Program-made: the position numbers and the translations under genes | Shown here: piece by piece, positions 29,271 to 38,597 of the stretch | How the letters are laid out: every line of letters begins with the position of its first letter | How positions within the stretch are numbered: position 1 is the stretch's first letter | Notes under the pieces: generated by a model | Seen by the model: the letters and a program-made list of their open reading frames with translations, nothing else | What the model was told of the DNA's origin: nothing | Databases searched by the model: none | Assembly (NCBI GenBank): GCA_963663805.2 | Contig: CAXXMR010000018.1 | Location: 64,001-128,000, forward strand | Length of the DNA: 64,000 nt | Origin: Sedimentisphaerales bacterium | GTDB lineage: Bacteria; Planctomycetota; Phycisphaerae; Sedimentisphaerales; SM23-30 | Direction: 5' to 3'

Positions 29271-30275
29271 ATGAACAGCTACGAAAGATATATTAACACT
29301 ATAAACTCAGCGTCAACGGATTATCTGCCGCGAATCCCTATATTGATGCATTGGGCCGCGGATTATTCAGGTTTCAGTTACGCTGAATTTGCCTGTGATC
29401 ATCAGGCGTTGGCTCAGGCAAATTTCAAGATTGTAGAAGATTTTGGGATAGATACTCTTGACGTTATGTCTGATCCCTGGCGAGAAACCACAGCTTTTGG
29501 CGGAAAAATTGAATATCTTCGCAATGCGGTTCCCAAGTGTGTCAGGCATCCGTTGGCGGATTCAAAAGTTTTGGAGAGTCTCGAAACTCCGTCTGTTAAA
29601 ACTTCCGAAAGAATTGTCAGTGCCTTAAAAACGATTGACCTGTACAAGCAAAATAGCTTTAAGGAAAAATCTATTACCGGTTGGGTGGAAGGGCCCGCCG
29701 CAGAGGCAGCCACCTTGCGAGGAGTCGGTAATTTCCTTATGGATCTCGTTGATGATGAGTCATATGTGTGCCAGTTGATGGATATATGTACGGAATTTGC
29801 GGTTGATTTTGCCAGGTCGCAAATAGAGGCAGGCTGTGATACAGTTGGTATCGGCGATGCAATTGCCAGCCAGGTTTCCGCGGATGTTTATTCGAGGCTT
29901 ATCTGGCCGAGAGAGAAGAGGTTGGTTGATGCAATACACCAGGCAAACGGTTTTGCCAGACTGCACATATGCGGCAATATAAACCACCTGCTTGGTTTTA
30001 TAAAAGATTTGCACGTTGATATTCTGGATTGCGACTGGATGGTTGACATTGCAAATGCCCGCAATGCGATGGGGCGAACAGCCCTTGTCGCAAACCTTAA
30101 TCCTGTCGATGATGTATTAAGGTCTTCGCCGAAGGAAATATCTGGAACGCTGATACAGTTATATAAACAGGTTGGCAATCCATTTTTTGTGGGCGCCGGT
30201 TGTGAGATACCTTCGGGCACAGCCGTGGAGAACTTGCGGGCTCTTTGCCGACCGATAGTTTTTTGTGAACGCTAA
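29271..30275 (+). CDS. Uroporphyrinogen decarboxylase / MtaA-CmuA methyltransferase family protein
   Basis: GWVEGP, LRG, QIEAG, LHICG and GAGCEIP motifs. Confidence 0.85.
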   Translation: MNSYERYINTINSASTDYLPRIPILMHWAADYSGFSYAEFACDHQALAQANFKIVEDFGIDTLDVMSDPWRETTAFGGKIEYLRNAVPKCVRHPLADSKVLESLETPSVKTSERIVSALKTIDLYKQNSFKEKSITGWVEGPAAEAATLRGVGNFLMDLVDDESYVCQLMDICTEFAVDFARSQIEAGCDTVGIGDAIASQVSADVYSRLIWPREKRLVDAIHQANGFARLHICGNINHLLGFIKDLHVDILDCDWMVDIANARNAMGRTALVANLNPVDDVLRSSPKEISGTLIQLYKQVGNPFFVGAGCEIPSGTAVENLRALCRPIVFCER

Positions 30276-30325
30276 CCAGACCGATATGAATTCATTTTAA
30301 GTCGCGATGATTTTGGTAGAATATT

Positions 30326-32740
30326 ATGATTATAAAAGATGCTAATAAAGCAAAGGAAGTTATTGGTGTGTCTTTGACTGATGATGTACACCTGAAATTT
30401 GAACGGGCGTGGTGGATTTGGGCCAAAGCGTCTGAATACAACTGCAATCATTGGATAAATGTCCGGAAATGTTTTGACGCTCCCCTCGGTGCCGAAGAAG
30501 CTAAATTGCATATTAGTGTCGATACTGACTATTGTGTTTGGCTTAACGGTGTTTTAGTCGGACAGGGGCAATTCAGTGATTTTCCAGAGGTAAAAACTTA
30601 TGATGTTATCGATGTGGGCAAGTATATTAAACAAGGCAAAAACTGCTTGGCGGTTTTGGCCTATTATCAGGGGATAAGCACCAGCAGATATAAAAAAGGT
30701 CAGGCGGGATTGATTTTCTCTTTGTCAAATAAAAATACCGTTCTTGGCAGCAGTGACAAATCATGTAAAGCGAGAACGAGCTTATCGTATAAATCTGGCC
30801 CGGTTCCTTTGGTTACCAAGCAGTTAGGACTTACTATAGAACACGATGCCTCGCGGGAAGATCGGTGGCTTGACATCGATTATGATGATTCCCAATGGGA
30901 AGATGGCCGGGAAATGTGTGGTCCGGTTTCTGGTTTTTGGAAAAGTTTGCGTGAAAGGCCTGTCAAGCAACTCGAATATTCAGACATTGCTGCGAAGGTG
31001 TTACAGTCTGGATACTTCCTTCGGCCTGAAACAGGAGACACATTTGCTGAAACAATAGCGAACGATATATTTATTGATAAGACACTTTTTCCTGATAATG
31101 CTGAAATGGAGGGTGGCTCTTTCATTGCCAAAAAGCCAACCGGTAATCAAAGTGGAGTATATATTGTTTTTGACCTTGAACGGGAACTATTTGGCCATTT
31201 GAAGTTCAGGTTGTCCGCTTCAGCAGGAATTGTTCTTGATATTGCCCACGGTGAACATCTGGCGGATGGAAGAGTAAGATGCAAGATAGGTGATCGAAAT
31301 TTTGCGGACAGATATATATGTTCGGAGGGCGCACAGGAGTGGGAAATGCCCGTTCGCCGGATTGGATGTTGTTATCTGGAAATACATATCTCAGAGCAAA
31401 AGGCGGATATTGAATTTGAATATATAGGGATAAAGTCTGCTGTCTATCCAGTTGATTTGTCCGGTAAATTTTATAGTAATGATTTATCGCATAACCAGAT
31501 TTTTTCTACGGCAGTTGAGACCTCCAGGTTGTGTATGCACGAGCATTTTGAAGATTGCCCGTGGCGAGAACAGTCTTTATATGCCATGGATGCCAAAACT
31601 CAATCACTAATCAGCTACTATCTTTTCGGTGACTATCAATATGCAAAAGAATCACTGAGTCTTTTGGGGCGTACCATCAGGTCGGATGGTTATTTGGAAC
31701 TTTGTTCGCCTTCGGAAATTGATTTTACGATACCTTGTTTTTCAATGGCGTGGATAGTTTCTGTTTATAATTATTATCTTTATAGTGGAGATAAGGATTT
31801 TGTAAATCAGCTTCTCCCTCAGATGAAATACATGCTCACAACTTATATGCAAAATTTGGGCGAAGAAGGAGTGATGCTGTTACCCACAGGGAAAAATTAT
31901 TGGAATTTTTATGAATGGTCGCCGGCAATGAATGGCTACAACTTAGATAGTATGAGCCATACGCCCAATAGAGATTCCGAAAAAATACATAGTTGCCTGA
32001 ATCTTTTTCTCTTGGAAGCCCTTGATGCCTGTGGTCGGATTTGTCGGTTTGTTAATGATGCGGCAGCAACTGATTTTGAGGCTTGTGCCGGGAAAATCCG
32101 TCAGGGCTTGCGAAAGTATTTTTGCTTGAATAAAGGATATTTTATTCCCCAGGAAAATGATAGAAGTAGTGATAGCATTCATTCGCAATTGATTCAGGCT
32201 CTAGGTCTTAAGCTTAAAGTTTTTCTTCCTCAATTTGAAGATTCCAGCAGGTGGGCTTTGGCTTATGACAAAAGCCTTTCGGAAATATCACTTGGGATGC
32301 ATAATTATTATTATGAGGCACTGTTGCAAAAACCGGATTTGTTCGGAGGATTTGTTCTGGATCATATCGGAAATCGCTGGGGCAAAATGATTGAATCAGG
32401 TTCTAGTGCTTTCTGGGAAACGATTTTGGGACATGAAGATTTTGATGGAGCCGGTAGTTTGTGTCACGGCTGGTCTGCGATACCAGCCTATATCTATCTT
32501 GGATATATACTGGGAATAAAGCCTATCAAACCAGGTTTTAAGACTTTTTTGGTAAGTCCCGTACCCGGCAATCTCCTTAGTGCTGTAGGGAGTGTGCCCA
32601 CGCCGGAGGGACTGATAAAAATTGAGTGGAAAAAAAAGCATGACAAGTATATTCTGAATATCAGTTGTCCTCCAAGGCTGGAACCTAAAATTTCCATATG
32701 CAAAGATTACGCCCAGCTCTGGGAAATTAACAGGCTCTAA
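30326..32740 (+). CDS. Alpha-L-rhamnosidase-like glycoside hydrolase (GH78)
   Basis: EDCPWREQ, FWE, SLCHGWSA and VPTPEGLI motifs. Confidence 0.88.
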   Translation: MIIKDANKAKEVIGVSLTDDVHLKFERAWWIWAKASEYNCNHWINVRKCFDAPLGAEEAKLHISVDTDYCVWLNGVLVGQGQFSDFPEVKTYDVIDVGKYIKQGKNCLAVLAYYQGISTSRYKKGQAGLIFSLSNKNTVLGSSDKSCKARTSLSYKSGPVPLVTKQLGLTIEHDASREDRWLDIDYDDSQWEDGREMCGPVSGFWKSLRERPVKQLEYSDIAAKVLQSGYFLRPETGDTFAETIANDIFIDKTLFPDNAEMEGGSFIAKKPTGNQSGVYIVFDLERELFGHLKFRLSASAGIVLDIAHGEHLADGRVRCKIGDRNFADRYICSEGAQEWEMPVRRIGCCYLEIHISEQKADIEFEYIGIKSAVYPVDLSGKFYSNDLSHNQIFSTAVETSRLCMHEHFEDCPWREQSLYAMDAKTQSLISYYLFGDYQYAKESLSLLGRTIRSDGYLELCSPSEIDFTIPCFSMAWIVSVYNYYLYSGDKDFVNQLLPQMKYMLTTYMQNLGEEGVMLLPTGKNYWNFYEWSPAMNGYNLDSMSHTPNRDSEKIHSCLNLFLLEALDACGRICRFVNDAAATDFEACAGKIRQGLRKYFCLNKGYFIPQENDRSSDSIHSQLIQALGLKLKVFLPQFEDSSRWALAYDKSLSEISLGMHNYYYEALLQKPDLFGGFVLDHIGNRWGKMIESGSSAFWETILGHEDFDGAGSLCHGWSAIPAYIYLGYILGIKPIKPGFKTFLVSPVPGNLLSAVGSVPTPEGLIKIEWKKKHDKYILNISCPPRLEPKISICKDYAQLWEINRL

Positions 32741-32767
32741 ATAGGTAAACTTTTCGAGTTTTTCGAG

Positions 32768-32830
32768 CTACATCAGATTTAGCGGGTCTACATCTACCGC
32801 GACATGTATCGGAAGTTTCTTGCATCCCAC
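32768..32830 (-). pseudogene. Fragment resembling the C-terminus of PriA
   Basis: ..KLPIHVAVDVDPLNLM*; DVDP-x-x-L(M)* is the typical PriA terminus; upstream sequence is not PriA-like. Confidence 0.45.
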
Positions 32831-32954
32831 GAGCAATATTGTCTGTAACGCTCTGTCAGCCAAAGTTTTATGTTCTTTTCTGGTTTTCTTCTTAGTGGAC
32901 ACTTTCAGAGTGCTTCGTACGATTATCTCTGGTGGCTCAATATTCGGCAATACA

Positions 32955-32997
32955 TCGTGGGGGTGGCAGTTATACACCTGCCGCCCCAGGTGTGAGG
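32955..32997. repeat. 43-bp direct repeat, copy 2
   Basis: Matches 15880-15922 and ends exactly where a 10-bp IS21-end sequence begins. Confidence 0.9.
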
Positions 32998-33007
32998 TGG
33001 TGATTAG

Positions 33008-33727
33008 CCCCAATTTCTCACTTAAGGGGTAAAAAGTGGATTTTTGGCTCCTTCAGGGCTGTTGGTCTGTCGCCAACAGTGGTGTTATTTTTTGAGCTGA
33101 CCGCTGTATATTTTCGGTGGCTTTTGCGGCGGCATTTCCATCTTCAAATGGTATAGCAGCAATTTCTGATCGCCATCGGGCTCGGTATATCTCTGCATCA
33201 GCAGAGTCCTGCCGTCCTGGGTTTCAAAGGACACATCGAGCATCTGGATTCGTGACATTGTTTCCAAAACGGCCTGGCTGGTTATCCCGCAGGCACTGGC
33301 CCGCAGTCTGTGTCTCAAGGTCACTTGCAGACAATAGCTCATAAACGCTACAAACACGTGAGCATCGACCCGGTCTTCTTTATGGTGATAGACCGGCCGA
33401 ACACCCAGATCGCTTTTGAGCTCCCGGAACGCTTGTTCTACATTACATTGCAGCATATACTCCTGCCAAAGCTCTATGCCATTCTTTCCGGTTTGATTGG
33501 TACGCAAAAAGTATGTGCCGTCACGATAAATCATTTCTCGGTATTTGTTCCTATCGAATTTATAATCAAACTCACCTTCCTCAATTCTTTCCTTTGGTTT
33601 TGGAATTGTAAGAGTAACGCATTTATACGAACTGCCAGCATGATGTTTGAGTTTGCCCAGCCTTTGCATAAAACGGGCGTAATCACGATATTTCTTCAGC
33701 TTCTCCAGACCTTCCAGATAGTCACGC
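33008..33727 (-). mobile_element. Truncated IS1634 copy (3' 720 bp)
   Basis: Reverse complement of 7761-8480; cut by IS21 at 33728. Confidence 0.92.
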
Positions 33728-33854
33728 TGGTGATTAGCATTGAAAATGGAGCCAGATTTGCATCGAAATCTGAGCCACTTAGGTTAGTAAAATAACGCCG
33801 ATTTCGGCGTTGTCAATAGGGATTCTGGTCCTTTTTCGTTGGATTGAGGCTTTC

Positions 33855-34619
33855 TTAGCCTTCTTTTTTCCGTTTTTTCTCTAAACTCTGGTTAAGTCGC
33901 CAGCTGTCGGTTATGATTTCGACCACGCTCACATGGTGGGTCAGTCGGTCCAGCAGAGCACCGGCTAATCTTTCATCATCGCCAAAGACCTGGGGCCAAT
34001 CGGCGAATGGCAGATTCGTTGTTACGATCAGGCTGGTTTGTTCATAGCACTGGCTGAAAAAGCCGAACAGATGTTCCGCTCCGATACGGTCGAACGGGAC
34101 ATAGCCCAGTTCATCGATGATGATCAGGTCGCATTTTTTTATATAGCTCTCTAATTTCAACACCGCTCTTTCCTGTCGGGCTTCGAGATACGTATTAACC
34201 AGTTCAGCAGCGGTAAAAAACCGCACTTTATAACCTCGTCGGCAGGCTTCCCGGCCGAGGGCGATGGCCAGATGACTTTTACCCACGCCCGGCGGGCCGG
34301 TAAAGACGATATTACTGCGGCGGTCGATAAAGCCGCACATCGAAAGGTCGATAATCTGTTTTTTATTTATCTGCGGCACGGCCATAAAATCAAAACTTTC
34401 AAGTTCCTTAGTCATGGGGAAGTTTGCCTGTTTCAATCTCCTGGCGATGGCCTGCGACTGTCGATGAAAGACTTCGATTTCGGCCAGTCTTTGCAGGTAA
34501 CTTTCATAGGATTCGTTTGCCTGGGCGGATGCCCGGGCAATTGTCTGATACTCTTTTTGAATTGTCGGAAGCTTCAGGGTCTTGAGATAGCTTTTTAATA
34601 AAACCATTGGATCTTTCAT
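33855..34619 (-). CDS. istB: IS21 helper ATPase
   Basis: GPPGVGKSH, IIDELGY and LLDRLTHH motifs. Confidence 0.93.
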   Translation of the reverse strand: MKDPMVLLKSYLKTLKLPTIQKEYQTIARASAQANESYESYLQRLAEIEVFHRQSQAIARRLKQANFPMTKELESFDFMAVPQINKKQIIDLSMCGFIDRRSNIVFTGPPGVGKSHLAIALGREACRRGYKVRFFTAAELVNTYLEARQERAVLKLESYIKKCDLIIIDELGYVPFDRIGAEHLFGFFSQCYEQTSLIVTTNLPFADWPQVFGDDERLAGALLDRLTHHVSVVEIITDSWRLNQSLEKKRKKEG

Positions 34620-36104
34620 GCTACCTCCCCGGCCAACTGGTTATAAACATCGAGATTGCGTTTGCCATCGCCTTGGTTTACCAGGACTTGATTGCCGGCA
34701 AGGTTCAATTGTGAGCCGTTACGTAAAAAGCTTTCCACCGCTTCATCGCTGAACGCCCGGCACTTGACACAAACACCAACGGCATGTTCAACTTCTTTTT
34801 GCGGATGCCTGATAAAGAGCAGCAGGATGTTGATGTATTTACCGGTCCCTTCACTGCCGTATCGATATTCAAGCTCTGTTCGCATCAAGGTGAAATCTTC
34901 GCCCCAGGGCTGGCCCTTGAATGGCCGAGCATTATCCAGCGAACCGGGCTTACGCTCTAAAAGTTTGATATAATGCAGCGGATCCAGGATATACTGGTCT
35001 TTATCGTAACATCTGGAATGCGAGGCAACCAGCTCATTTTTATAGAACAGGTCAACCCGGTCAACGAATACCTTGACCTGGCAAGATTGATAGGCATACT
35101 CCGTCGGCACCGAATACCGGTTAGTATCAACCCGTACTGTAAGCTGTTTGTCCGCAAAGGTGGATATTCGACGACAGGCTTCAAACTTCTGCTCAGGCAG
35201 TTCGTATAAATGTGTTTTCTCTTCCGCAAATAAATCGCCAATGGTTTTATTCGTATGAGGTGCAGGGCCCTGGCGATCCAGTTCTTTGATACACTGAGCA
35301 ATCAGCATCTCATTCAGCTGAGCCATATCGGTAACTCTCGGAACCGGAGAGAAGAACTGCCTTTCACTTCGCTTGGCGAGATTCTCGACATCGCCTTTTT
35401 CATTACCTTTAGCGACATTGCAAAAACGAGTGTCAAACAAATACCAACTCTTAAGCTCTACGAATTTGCGGTTGAGCCGACGCTTGCCTTTTTTGAGAAC
35501 CTTTTAGAACCGCAGTTTTTAAATTGTCGTAAGCAATGCGTTTGGGCACGCCGCCGAAATATTCAAACGCCCGGACATGGCCGTCAAGAAAACATTCGAT
35601 CTTCATGCTCTCGTAAGCACAAACAAAAGGAGCCTTAGAACAGCACAGCTTCATGCAAAAAACGTAGACCTTCTTCTCCCTGCCGTTTTCTTTAATGTTA
35701 GCTTCATGCCAGTCAACCTGGGCTTCTTCGCCAAACTCAAACGCTAACGGCAGGTAAGCTTCTTTTTGGCGATTACTCGCTTCCTTGATATACCGCTGGA
35801 CAGTGCTGTAATGACCGGTGAAACCATACTCGTCACAAAGCCGCTGATACATTTTGGTCGCCTGCATCCGCTGCTTACGCCGAACCTTTTTGTCAGATTC
35901 CAGCCAGGTGTCAATAATGTGCGCGAAGGGATCCATGACAGCCTTGACCCGCGGCTGACTGAGCCGATAGCCCGGCGGAATCGGATTTTTCAGGGCCTTG
36001 GCCACCGTGTTACGCGAATGCCCCAGCTCCAGGGCAACCTCACGTTGCGATATCCCATCACGAACTTTACGTCTGATAATCTCATAATGCTCCACTGTAA
36101 GCAC
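34616..36104 (-). pseudogene. istA: IS21 transposase with a +1 frameshift near 35502
   Basis: Split ORFs 35451-36104 and 34616-35440; one extra base in a homopolymer relative to copy 2. Confidence 0.85.
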
Positions 36105-36240
36105 CTTTCTAAGCCTCCTGTGTCTAAAATGTTACGTATCTTAAACACATCTTATCGGCCTTTTACAGTGGCTCCTTTTTCGATGCTTTTTCAGAAGAGA
36201 AAACCCGCAAATCTGGCTCCATTTTCAATGCTAATCACCA

Positions 36241-36840
36241 ATATGCAACCATCCCAGCCAACTCAACGGCGACGGCGATTATGCTTCGGATGCGAGCGGA
36301 AAATTTATCCGCGTTAGGGAGATTTGTGAGGAAATTGCCTCGCGTCAGGAAAAAAAGTGTTGATTTTTACTCAATTCCGTGAAATCACCGAACCGCTGGC
36401 TGAGCACCTGACCAAGGTTTTTAGTCGGGCCGGACTGATACTGCACGGCGGAACGCAGGTACAAAAACGCAAACAACTGGTCGAACAATTTCAATCTGAT
36501 GACGGGCCGCCGTTTTTTTGTTCTTTCACTCAAAGCTGGCGGGACAGGGTTGAATCTGACCGCGGCATCCCATATAATTCATTTTGACCGCTGGTGGAAC
36601 CCTGCGGTCGAAAATCAGGCTACGGACCGGGCGTTCCGTATCGGCCAGAAACGCAATGTTCTGGTCCACAAATTTGTAACTAGCGGCACAGTTGAAGAAC
36701 GCATTGACGCATTAATTTCTGAAAAGCAAAAAATGGCAGATGAAATTCTCGATTCCGATGGTGAAACAAATCTAACCGAGTTGCCGGACGACGAGATTCT
36801 TCGGCTGGTTAGTCTCGATGTGACTCGCGCTCAATTGTAA
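36241..36840 (+). pseudogene. SNF2-family helicase C-terminal fragment (5' part missing at the IS21 junction)
   Basis: [26 protein letters not shown] and [21 protein letters not shown] motifs; two +1 homopolymer frameshifts. Confidence 0.88.
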
Positions 36841-36845
36841 AGGAG

Positions 36846-37931
36846 ATGTTTATTATGTCATTTTATCCCTGGCGTCCTTATGTTTCTGTCGCCCAGCGAC
36901 GGGCCAAGGCCTTGCGACAAATGAATAAACTTCGCAAGAAAGGCCATAACATTCAACCGGTAGAAATTGAAGGGCGAGCCATTGCCCGCAGTTTCTGGGG
37001 TAAAGCGTGGTGCGAGCATCTCGAATCTTTTTCTGATTATTCCAACCGCCTGCCGCGCGGCCGAACTTATGCACGTAACGGTTCAATATGTCATTTGAAT
37101 ATCGAATCGGGAAAAATCGAAGCTATTGTCAGCGGTTCGGAACTATATAATGTCACGATAAAAATCGAAAGTTTACGCAGTTCTGTCTGGAAAACCATTA
37201 AGAAAAAGTGCAGCGGGCAAATAGGTTCGATGCTTGAGCTGCTTCAAGGCAAATTGTCCGACCAGATAATGTCCATAGTGACCGATCGAAAAAATGGACT
37301 ACTGCCGCTGCCCGGTCAGATCAAGCTCAGTTGTGATTGCCCGGACTGGGCGGTAATGTGTAAGCATGTCGCAGCCGTTTTGTACGGCATCGGAAATCGA
37401 CTTGACAGTCAACCCGAACTGTTATTCACGCTTCGCGGTGTTGACGCCACTGAATTGATTGCCGGCGAGATTGCCCTGCCGGATACCGCGGCTGGTGTCG
37501 GCAAGACTATTGCCAATGACCAGATCGCCGATATTTTTGATATTGATATGGATCTGAATGATGAAGTTCCGAAAAAGGCGGCTTCAACATCTCCTGCGAC
37601 AAAAAAACGAATCGCAAAAAAGGCCAAAACTGCCGCGAAGCAAAAGAAAACCTTCCCCAAACTCAGAAAATCTACGAAGAAAATAGCTGCAAAATCAAAT
37701 TTAACCAGGAGTAATCCAGAAACCACCTACCTTCCAAGCATCCGACCAACAGGTAAGTCGGTAGCAAGGCTGCGTAATCGGTTAAAACTTTCAGTATCTG
37801 AATTTGCGAACCGACTTGATGTGACCCCCGCCAGTATATACCGTTGGGAAAAAACTTCTGGGAGATTGAAACTACAGTCCCTTACATTTAGCAAGCTGGC
37901 GAAGCTGCATCAGCAGGTGTGCGAAAAATAG
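36846..37931 (+). CDS. SWIM zinc-finger protein with C-terminal XRE-like HTH
   Basis: RLPRGRTYARNG, CDCPDWAVMCKHVAAVLYG, Lys-rich linker, LSVSEFANRLDVTPASIYRWEK. Confidence 0.85.
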   Translation: MFIMSFYPWRPYVSVAQRRAKALRQMNKLRKKGHNIQPVEIEGRAIARSFWGKAWCEHLESFSDYSNRLPRGRTYARNGSICHLNIESGKIEAIVSGSELYNVTIKIESLRSSVWKTIKKKCSGQIGSMLELLQGKLSDQIMSIVTDRKNGLLPLPGQIKLSCDCPDWAVMCKHVAAVLYGIGNRLDSQPELLFTLRGVDATELIAGEIALPDTAAGVGKTIANDQIADIFDIDMDLNDEVPKKAASTSPATKKRIAKKAKTAAKQKKTFPKLRKSTKKIAAKSNLTRSNPETTYLPSIRPTGKSVARLRNRLKLSVSEFANRLDVTPASIYRWEKTSGRLKLQSLTFSKLAKLHQQVCEK

Positions 37932-38326
37932 TCTGTTGAGATATCAACCAATTACATAGGGCAGCCCACTCAGCCAGGAGTTTAATTTCGAAGAATAGAA
38001 AGATTCTGAGCGAGCCGGATTGCGGGCAATACCCCGGTCAAAAACAGGACGAGCGATTTGCGGAAGCTGGAAAAATAGCGAAGAAATTCCCCACCAACCG
38101 AACACCCCCCCTCACCAGCCATCTCCAGCACCACCCCCCGCCCCACCGGTGACCAAAACGGTGCTGCCCGGTGCCCATTTTGGTGCCGGATGACAGGCTG
38201 CGCGAGGGTAGGGCTGTCTATTGCTGACAAAACATGCCCCCAACACACCAGCCTGCAACGCGCACAAGTGCCTACAAAATAAAAACTTAGACAAATCCAG
38301 ACAACCCCCGTCAAACAATGGCAAAA

Positions 38327-38367
38327 AGCGGGCGATGAGAATCGAACTCACATGGCCAGCTTGGAAG
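38327..38367 (-). other. 3' half of tRNA-Gly(TCC): att-site remnant
   Basis: Minus strand CTTCCAAGCTGGCCATGTGAGTTCGATTCTCATCGCCCGCT gives anticodon loop, T-arm and acceptor 3' strand; 5' half absent. Confidence 0.85.
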
Positions 38368-38597
38368 CATGAGGAGGCTTTGCCATAAACTCCTAACAAA
38401 TAAATAGTTATGTGGCTACCATATTCAAGAGTGACCGAAACAGTGCTAGAAAGATGGCAACGATAGTAATCCACTGTCACTCGGTGGCAATACCAATATT
38501 TTTGCAAATTATCACTCAATTATGTTGTAAATATCACAGATTGGAGATATAGTAACACCTATTACAGTAACATGGATTACAACAACGCGAGGCGACA

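Larger units (their letters stand above)
33728..36240 (-). mobile_element. IS21-family element, copy 1
   Basis: Terminal IR TGGTGATTAGCATTGAAAATGGAGCCAGATTTGC at both ends; istA-istB; no TSD. Confidence 0.93.

Noticed and set aside
32768..33013. 81-aa ORF as a real gene
   Set aside because: It starts inside IS ends and spans the 43-bp repeat; only the last approx. 15 codons look protein-like.
35440..35520. Programmed frameshift in istA
   Set aside because: Copy 2 encodes a continuous IstA; copy 1 simply has one extra base in a homopolymer.
38085..38150. C-rich tract as a functional G-quadruplex or ORF
   Set aside because: Low-complexity DNA at an island edge with no further support.
38327..38400. 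Complete tRNA-Gly gene
   Set aside because: The D-arm and 5' acceptor strand are absent; similarity stops at the anticodon loop.
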